Shown here: positions 42,301-48,020 of the stretch, one piece after another
How positions within the stretch are numbered: the stretch's first letter is position 1
Layout of the letters: each line of letters starts with the position of its first letter
DNA from: Trichomonas gallinae
Lineage: Eukaryota
Reading direction: 5' to 3'
NCBI GenBank assembly: GCA_008369845.1
Contig: MRSU01011447.1
Coordinates: forward strand, 1 to 48,020
Length of the DNA: 48,020 bases
The notes under the pieces: generated by a model
What the model was told of the DNA's origin: nothing
Seen by the model: the letters and a program-made list of their open reading frames with translations, nothing else
The model's database searches: none
Made by a program: the position numbers and the translations under genes

Positions 42301-45117
42301 AAAACAGGAGATGCTTTGCTGCAATACATCAAGATCAACAGCCAATTCGCTAAAAAGAGGACATGGGCTTTTTGGCCGATATTAACTGCCTTGACATTCG
42401 GAGGCGAGTTGATGGAAGGCATCATGGAATTTTTGGCAAAATGCTCAAATGAACATTGGCGAACAACATTTTCGTTAATCCAAGTCATCGCTGAAGCTTT
42501 AGGTGTTGACGATGAAAGGCCTAAATCAGTTTACATGCATTCATTGACAAAATCACTGTTGGATCAGCCTTTGTTGAGCTTCGAATATCTCCATGATTTC
42601 TTCGATCTCGTGATTTTCCACTTATTCTTCAGGCACAAAGAAGTCAAGAAGCCAATGCTTGAAAATCTCCTTTTGGAAATCGATCCTTCACTTGAAGTTT
42701 TGTCTGAGAGCTGTGAAGCTTTCTCGCAACAGTCTTTAACTGATTTCTCAGAAAGCGAAGACAGAGTTTTGAAGAATTTCAACAGAAGAGAATTCATGGA
42801 AAAATTAGATAAAGTCGTAATCGACAACGAATACAATTTCGGTTTGAACATGGACAAAGACGGAAAATGGTTGGACGCTGATTTCGCTTTGGATGTAATC
42901 AAGCAAGCAAGAAGAACAAGAGTCCAAACATATCATAACTTTTCATGCATGTTGGCATCATTTGCATTGAAAGAGAGAAAAGAAGAGGCGAGAGAAGCAA
43001 TCAAAGATTTGCTGGATGACAACGTCGCTGAGCAAATTTTCATTGACATGATGATGCAGGAAAGGTCTGATCACACAGATTGCTACGAGAGAATTATAAG
43101 AGATTGCACAGAACACAATGATACAATCGTCAGTTACACGAAAGAAGTCATAGACAAAATCAAACATTACATTGAAAAAGTCATGAATGGAGTTTCAACA
43201 TTGATAGAAAACACAGATAATTCGATTTTCTCAGACATGAGATTCTCCATTCGCAACTTCATCGCTGATGTTTCTTTGATGCACAATTTCTGCAACAAGA
43301 AATGCGAAGCGATTGAACATTCATTTACTGCACCTTCCGGTCCATGGTTCACGCCTAAAGACAAGAAACAGAAAATGTTGTCAATGTATAACTGTTACGA
43401 AAACATTCCGATGAAGATGATCGAATATGACGAGCTTCCTGATATGGAAGACACTGTCGAATACTTAAAGAACAAATACACATTGTTCGAGTTGATGAAG
43501 ATCCCAGATTTTTGCGAGATTTCTTTCGAAATGGAAAATGATAACCAGAAAATCGTTTTGACATGCGACAGAATCGAAATAACAGGAACAACGAGCGCTA
43601 AATTGTTCGTTTACACAGATTGCATTGAAATCTTCAACAAGAAGAAGATGATTCACATTGATGCGAGAAACATTAAGCAAATCATGTTCAGAATGATCAG
43701 GCATCTACCAACAGGCCTTGAAATTTTCACCATTTCAAATGAAAGCTATTTGCTGAATCTCGACAGATTCAACTCATTGACTTTGTTGACAGGCATCAAA
43801 TCATTGGATGAATACAACCACATCGAAATACAGACTAAGATGCCTAAAGAATACTTGGAGTCAAAGAATATTACTGAGAAATGGGTGAAACACGAAATAA
43901 CAAACTTCGAGTACATCATGGAATTAAACAACATAAGTGGCCGTTCATTCAATGATTTATCTAATTATCCAGTAATTCCGAATTTCTTAGAGTTGGATCA
44001 CAACTACAAAGTCGTCATCAGAGATTTCAGTGACATTTCAAATTATGACTTATCATCGCAAAACATGATGAAATTATTGTCATTCGTTGAACCATTTAAG
44101 ACATATTGCAACAAACCAGTTGAATTATTAGAAGCCCTCAAGTCTGAAGTTTATGTGCCCGAATATTTCGTTGACATTGATTTGTTCCATGGTGTTGAGC
44201 TTCCTTTCGGTTTCAAGAGCAGCGAAGAGTTAATAACCTTCATTTTCGAGGCATTCGAGAATTTCGTTGTCAGCGAAAAATTGCCTGCTTTCATTGACAA
44301 CTTCTTCGGCATCAACCAGAGCAAATTCAAATTCGTCAACGAAAATATTTGGTCTAAAGGTTCATCAACGGACATTGATTACTTCATGTCTGTCGTCAAC
44401 AAGATAAACGACGAAGGTCAGCTTCCAGCAAGATTGTTTGAAATGAGCCACGTCACTCGTTATCCAATCAACGTTTTAGGCAGCCCGAAGCTTAACCTCA
44501 ATGACATTGAAATTATTATTGACGAAGATAACACAGACACGATATTGTGCAAGACAAGAATAGATGATGAATCAATTGTTTATGGAACCAAAGATGGATA
44601 TGTCGTGAGGACAAATCCAGACATAAGAATCAAGATCTCAGAAGAATCAATTGTTTCTATTCATTGTGATAAGAATTTGATCGCTTGCGGTTGCACGGAT
44701 GGAAAGTTCAAAGTTTTGTACACGAAATCATTGGAGTATTACACGCACTTCCCATTCTTCACGTCAACTGTCAGCATCGTGAAAATCAGCGAAAGATTTG
44801 GCTTGGTTTACGGATCAACTGACGAATTCATCTTCATTTACAGTCTCGCTGAAAAGAAGCAGATTTTGTGCCTCGAGACACACAAGAATGCAATATCTGT
44901 GTGCGTTTCGAACATATATGGAATTGTCTGCTTCTCTTTCGGTAATGATATTTTCACATTTAGTATCAACGGCGAAAAACTTTCGAGCAGAAACTTCGAC
45001 ATGAACATTACAAAGCTCGAATTTGTTATTGAGCACCAAAAGGAGATGCTTATGATCACAGATGGATCACACTTCCAATATATTGATCCTGTTGTCATGA
45101 TGATTCCATCGAAATAA
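39373..45117 (+). CDS. Beige/BEACH domain protein, paralogue of 19263-24959
   Basis: 1914 aa with TEKWVKHEITNFEYIMELNNISGRSFNDLSNYPVIP. Collinear similarity to the minus-strand copy along the whole length. Confidence 0.9.
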   Translation: MKSSSIRNLDDFNPIINVLMENDLTIKPSADISPEIHEIIQKFAESLLDESNIEEIIKKIKNGVKIDELKKEYQFAPPLNYQELEKIINYVPPDNRTLLYVAYNKMKSAAMWIFADDSYHTELYFNILLKSIADIDQIIYRYLATDLFVFYCAHIFHLLEDNLTSETKDLIALFVDERRTRIAKLCSESYLSYYDGFIKFIFKNIEITQLYPFIQTFIDLYDEKTSVHVNLHAISAHFKYFLSKFNKSLESQKFCLCILEFYEVYGKYSELTREDSNLIYQIITKSVNINDPGYHIFESLTNIIIGEPGRTSIKNANIVFNFLKIFMHSEQCSEAFSYIINLCDTNISNVFILGKYEIDYDLVNLISENEDDQRMIPVIGLSLQLVSNIAQFSSTPKVVSKLLSLLKPMNGVLSTLHATYVVTLFNLVTLSMKSPPSVLPIGEGKPTIFVEEIDTNAIYDHIYFGFWLYVLKNTKNLTSPLIKIYDNKDKSYIFNLVDNQIELRVPENQERFLFSDKIPYDRWSFILVGFTRDTSILDVVLYIDDVKSQETATIENLRLGRSSQVMLQIGSNQTGRSYMGPIGMFNRIEDALAMYTIGPRLFDRDAILYVTPQVIEGELNILQRSNCNISAELKGEHYPVPTTFFDILTRNFMMENLIPLFRTLDMKLVNGDTVPPFCGAVVDIIIDSLSSSKFTEEEFITHHGFEVIGHCLAISEQRNLTYHQFQKFYFVFITSKNDRLRRVILKNILLNPDIWVHASDDDQKLIAKDWGINLYEKNYQICREICDFDTLLMYLRVYYWYEPVEQDVALCTSLSKYPRTPDMSVKDIRDEIIYILTMLAKKHFTEENLKSILAHAVGCKDPQQTIDLLFLIKVLIVSEEQPFNKVESAWSYFNVLHHLVNNDNEELSFAGIETIAALHLLEHFSTIPVKYHVGVLIEELPLSSLSIEYFAKLIPLINKYPDFYPLCFYYVLHEGEKTGDALLQYIKINSQFAKKRTWAFWPILTALTFGGELMEGIMEFLAKCSNEHWRTTFSLIQVIAEALGVDDERPKSVYMHSLTKSLLDQPLLSFEYLHDFFDLVIFHLFFRHKEVKKPMLENLLLEIDPSLEVLSESCEAFSQQSLTDFSESEDRVLKNFNRREFMEKLDKVVIDNEYNFGLNMDKDGKWLDADFALDVIKQARRTRVQTYHNFSCMLASFALKERKEEAREAIKDLLDDNVAEQIFIDMMMQERSDHTDCYERIIRDCTEHNDTIVSYTKEVIDKIKHYIEKVMNGVSTLIENTDNSIFSDMRFSIRNFIADVSLMHNFCNKKCEAIEHSFTAPSGPWFTPKDKKQKMLSMYNCYENIPMKMIEYDELPDMEDTVEYLKNKYTLFELMKIPDFCEISFEMENDNQKIVLTCDRIEITGTTSAKLFVYTDCIEIFNKKKMIHIDARNIKQIMFRMIRHLPTGLEIFTISNESYLLNLDRFNSLTLLTGIKSLDEYNHIEIQTKMPKEYLESKNITEKWVKHEITNFEYIMELNNISGRSFNDLSNYPVIPNFLELDHNYKVVIRDFSDISNYDLSSQNMMKLLSFVEPFKTYCNKPVELLEALKSEVYVPEYFVDIDLFHGVELPFGFKSSEELITFIFEAFENFVVSEKLPAFIDNFFGINQSKFKFVNENIWSKGSSTDIDYFMSVVNKINDEGQLPARLFEMSHVTRYPINVLGSPKLNLNDIEIIIDEDNTDTILCKTRIDDESIVYGTKDGYVVRTNPDIRIKISEESIVSIHCDKNLIACGCTDGKFKVLYTKSLEYYTHFPFFTSTVSIVKISERFGLVYGSTDEFIFIYSLAEKKQILCLETHKNAISVCVSNIYGIVCFSFGNDIFTFSINGEKLSSRNFDMNITKLEFVIEHQKEMLMITDGSHFQYIDPVVMMIPSK

Positions 45118-45874
45118 GAAATTATTTTATTGTATCTTTTTTATTTGTTAAAACATTTATTTAATTTTGAATTATATTACAAATCTTTTAATTTTGTCCA
45201 AATCTTTTATTGCCTGATATAGAAATGGAAAAAGCAAATTCCATTATGATCAGCCTAATACTAGGTCACCAATATTAAACATGAGTAAATTAGTTATTTA
45301 ATGGGAATTTCCCTGATATATTGGATATATTCGCACATAAATGAAATATTGATATAATTGAATTTTGGATATTATTTCTTCTTTTCTATATCAATTTATT
45401 CAGTATGAATTTGTTATCATTTTGTATATTTTAAAAAGCTTTAAATCGCTTTTGTTTTTAAAAAAAAATTAAAAAATTAATAAAATTTAAGCATGTGGCG
45501 GTCATACGCAAAAAACGTTATTGAGGTGAAAAATAGGCGAAAAATCGCGATTTGATTAAACTGACGTTATATATTGTTTTGATCAAGAATAACGAATATA
45601 TAATCTGTATAACTTCTAAAATTATATTAAATTTTTCAAGTTTTCATTTAATCTCAAAAATATTGTGTAATTTACCTAAATGTCGTGTTTGGAATATTTG
45701 ATTTGGACGATATTAAGGCAAAGATTAAATATTCCAAACTGCTCTATGAGATATGATTTAAAACATAGTTTCTAATATCAAAAAAGAGTACCTTTTTTTT
45801 TATAATTTTCATTACATAATCTTGCTCAAATTATAATACGGTTTATTCATAAGATCATCTATACATAAATATAT

Positions 45875-47281
45875 TTATGTGGCACCAGCGTTGATGAGAA
45901 TGTCGCGAATTTTGTAGAAATCCTTAGACTTTGCGATGTCTAATGGTGTTCTGTTTTGATTGTCTTTTTCATTGAGTTTAGCACCACGTTTAATGAGATA
46001 CTCAACACTTTCTACGCCACCTTGATCAACAGTCCGATGTAGTGGAGTGAATCCATTCCATCCTCGTTCATTGATATCCAAACCTTGAGATAGGAGATAT
46101 TCAATGATAGCGACATGATTTCCTCGAGCTGCACCATGAAGGCTTGTATAACCATTAATATTTGACTTCCACTTAATGTCGCAGCCACTTGATTGGAGAA
46201 ATTTGAGTACTTCAAGATGGCCTTTCAATGCTGCAAGATATGAACTGTTTGAATTATGATTTGTTTTTGAGTTTACATCACAGCCAATAGAAACAAGATA
46301 TTTCACTGTGTCAAGATGCCCATTTTCAGATGCACGAATAATTGCACGGAATCCATCAGATTTATTATTCCATTCTTTGTCGAATCCTGCTGAAATGAGA
46401 TAGCGAACAACATCTGTCTTTCCACTGCGTGAAGCCTCTAATAGAGCATTGTTTCGATATTTATTAACTGCATCTTTGCCACAACCTCCTTCGATAAGAC
46501 TCTGAACAAGGCCGAGATTTCCATCGTAAGATGTTTTTAACAAAACTGTGTTTTCAATTGTATCTTTAACTTCACTAAGGCCAAGTTTGCAACATATTTT
46601 GATGAGATCTTTGTCACCTTTAGATGAAAATCGCTTGAGCAAAGAGTAGACTTTATTAAAGTCTGTTTCCCTAATAATTTCGATGGATGAAATTTTTGAA
46701 GAAAGTCGGCTGTTTTCGACTTTAATATTTGATATCTCTTGTTTGAGTGTTGCAACATCTTTGTTGAGCTTAAATGCTTCGTTTTGTACATTTCTCTTCT
46801 CAGCTGTTAATGAATCACATTCTTCGGTAAGGTTGGAAACCTCAGTTTCAAGGGTATTGATGGTATTTGATAGTACTTCCTTAAGATTTGCGATTTCTTT
46901 CTTGAATCTTGTGTTATCTTTTTGAAGAATGGAGTTTTCTTCGCAGATAATGTTAACAAAATTGTAGATATGCTTAAGTGGCCTAAATTTGAGCGCTTTG
47001 TACGCTGATTGAATGAAATCGAAAAATTTATTGATTTCTTCTTCACTTTTTGAGTCAAAATGGACGTTCATTGACTTAAATATTTGGGTCATGTCTTGCA
47101 AATTGAATTTTCTCGACTTCATTCCGTCAAAAATGTAAGTTCCTTGATTTGCATCAAGATCTGCTGCTTTAACTACGCCAAGCATTGAATCGAAGTCTTC
47201 GTAGACACCAAAGAAAGTGTCATTAGCGATGGTCTCGCCTACAGTCTTTGCACATTCCTCGTAGTCGAGTTCAAGTGTCAT
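45875..47281 (-). CDS. Coiled-coil plus ankyrin repeat protein
   Basis: Central coiled coil followed by about 7 ankyrin repeats (ASENGHLDTVKYLVSIGCDVN, GFTPLH, NRTPLDIA). Confidence 0.92.
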   Translation of the reverse strand: MTLELDYEECAKTVGETIANDTFFGVYEDFDSMLGVVKAADLDANQGTYIFDGMKSRKFNLQDMTQIFKSMNVHFDSKSEEEINKFFDFIQSAYKALKFRPLKHIYNFVNIICEENSILQKDNTRFKKEIANLKEVLSNTINTLETEVSNLTEECDSLTAEKRNVQNEAFKLNKDVATLKQEISNIKVENSRLSSKISSIEIIRETDFNKVYSLLKRFSSKGDKDLIKICCKLGLSEVKDTIENTVLLKTSYDGNLGLVQSLIEGGCGKDAVNKYRNNALLEASRSGKTDVVRYLISAGFDKEWNNKSDGFRAIIRASENGHLDTVKYLVSIGCDVNSKTNHNSNSSYLAALKGHLEVLKFLQSSGCDIKWKSNINGYTSLHGAARGNHVAIIEYLLSQGLDINERGWNGFTPLHRTVDQGGVESVEYLIKRGAKLNEKDNQNRTPLDIAKSKDFYKIRDILINAGAT

Positions 47282-47997
47282 TTTAAAAAAATGTTGTCTT
47301 TTTTTTTGAATTAACCTTATTCATCAACAATGGTTTTCTCAACTTAGGGATACATTTTTGGGATCTTCTCTATCAGTAAAACAACAAAATTCGTTTAAAA
47401 GCAAAATAATTTTTAAAATATGATTTAAAATTGCAATTTTCTCAAGATAGATACCATTATCGCAATAACTTATGTTACACTAAATACTGAGCCTACATTT
47501 AGTTAAGTTTGATAATTTGATTTGAAAGAAATGCTGCAACTCTTTAACTTGTTTATCGAGAGAAGAGTCATTAAGCAAAAGTCCCATGTGATGTTACCAT
47601 ATAGATCGCATTATGATAGTGATATAATATGAGACATAAACTAGTAGAATAATACACAAACTGGAGCAACTATTGATACTCGAGAAGAAAAATAATTTGT
47701 TTTAATAAGATCGAATTGACATGGAAAATCTAATCGACCAGGTGTATCAACAACAAATATGAAAAAACTGGCATTTTTAACAATATTCATATTTTAACCT
47801 TATTTGCAATATAAATTGAAAAATAATATATATAACATTTATATTTAATATATAAAATATATAATAGCAAGGTATAAATGATATCATTTTTGGCTCGATT
47901 TGATGAAGCATTATGATAAAAAACAGAGATGAAATCTTATAAAATGTCCCCCGGAGGTTTGTACGTTATAAAAAAGCTCACTTTTTCGGCCTCGGTC

Positions 47998-48020
47998 ATG
48001 GTTATCGCCGCTGTTCTCAA
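47998..48020 (+). CDS. Probable 5' end of a gene cut by the window edge (MVIAAVL...)
   Basis: TCACTTTT initiator at about 47978, then ATG and GC-richer codons. Too short to identify. Confidence 0.45.

Noticed and set aside
45495..45510. GGCGGTCATAC resembling a 5S rRNA 5' end
   Set aside because: Downstream sequence lacks 5S helices and internal promoter boxes.
428..47058. Numerous short alternative-frame and antisense ORFs inside the main genes
   Set aside because: They overlap well-supported CDSs and show no independent motifs, so they are treated as shadows.

Overview
AT-rich, gene-dense eukaryotic DNA with no clear introns, most likely Trichomonas vaginalis or a close trichomonad. Evidence: TCA(T/C)(T/A) initiators close to start codons, an M3/M5 promoter on a ribosomal-protein gene, and the BspA, ankyrin, CAMK, BEACH and Gly-rich families typical of that lineage. 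The window holds tRNA-His(GUG) and 17 complete ORFs: eL21, an RFC small subunit, two CAMK-type kinases, a UBL-UBA protein, ATG16L-like, WDR11-like and TTC13/SRFR1-like proteins, two divergently oriented BEACH paralogues, two ankyrin proteins, BspA, a Gly-rich protein, a bacterial-type S12 serine hydrolase and three hypotheticals. There is also an ankyrin pseudogene fragment and a gene start cut by the window edge. I found no CRISPR array, recognisable transposon or clearly new multi-gene system. The best leads are: (1) a GC-rich structured island at 16120-16320 next to a phased array of an 11-bp motif; (2) two intact ORFs with no usable ATG but a GTG or TTG just behind an initiator-like element; (3) recurrent TGACA/TGTCA dyads upstream of genes; (4) the ATG16L-like and S12 hydrolase genes. 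All family calls are motif recognition by eye; no database searches were run.
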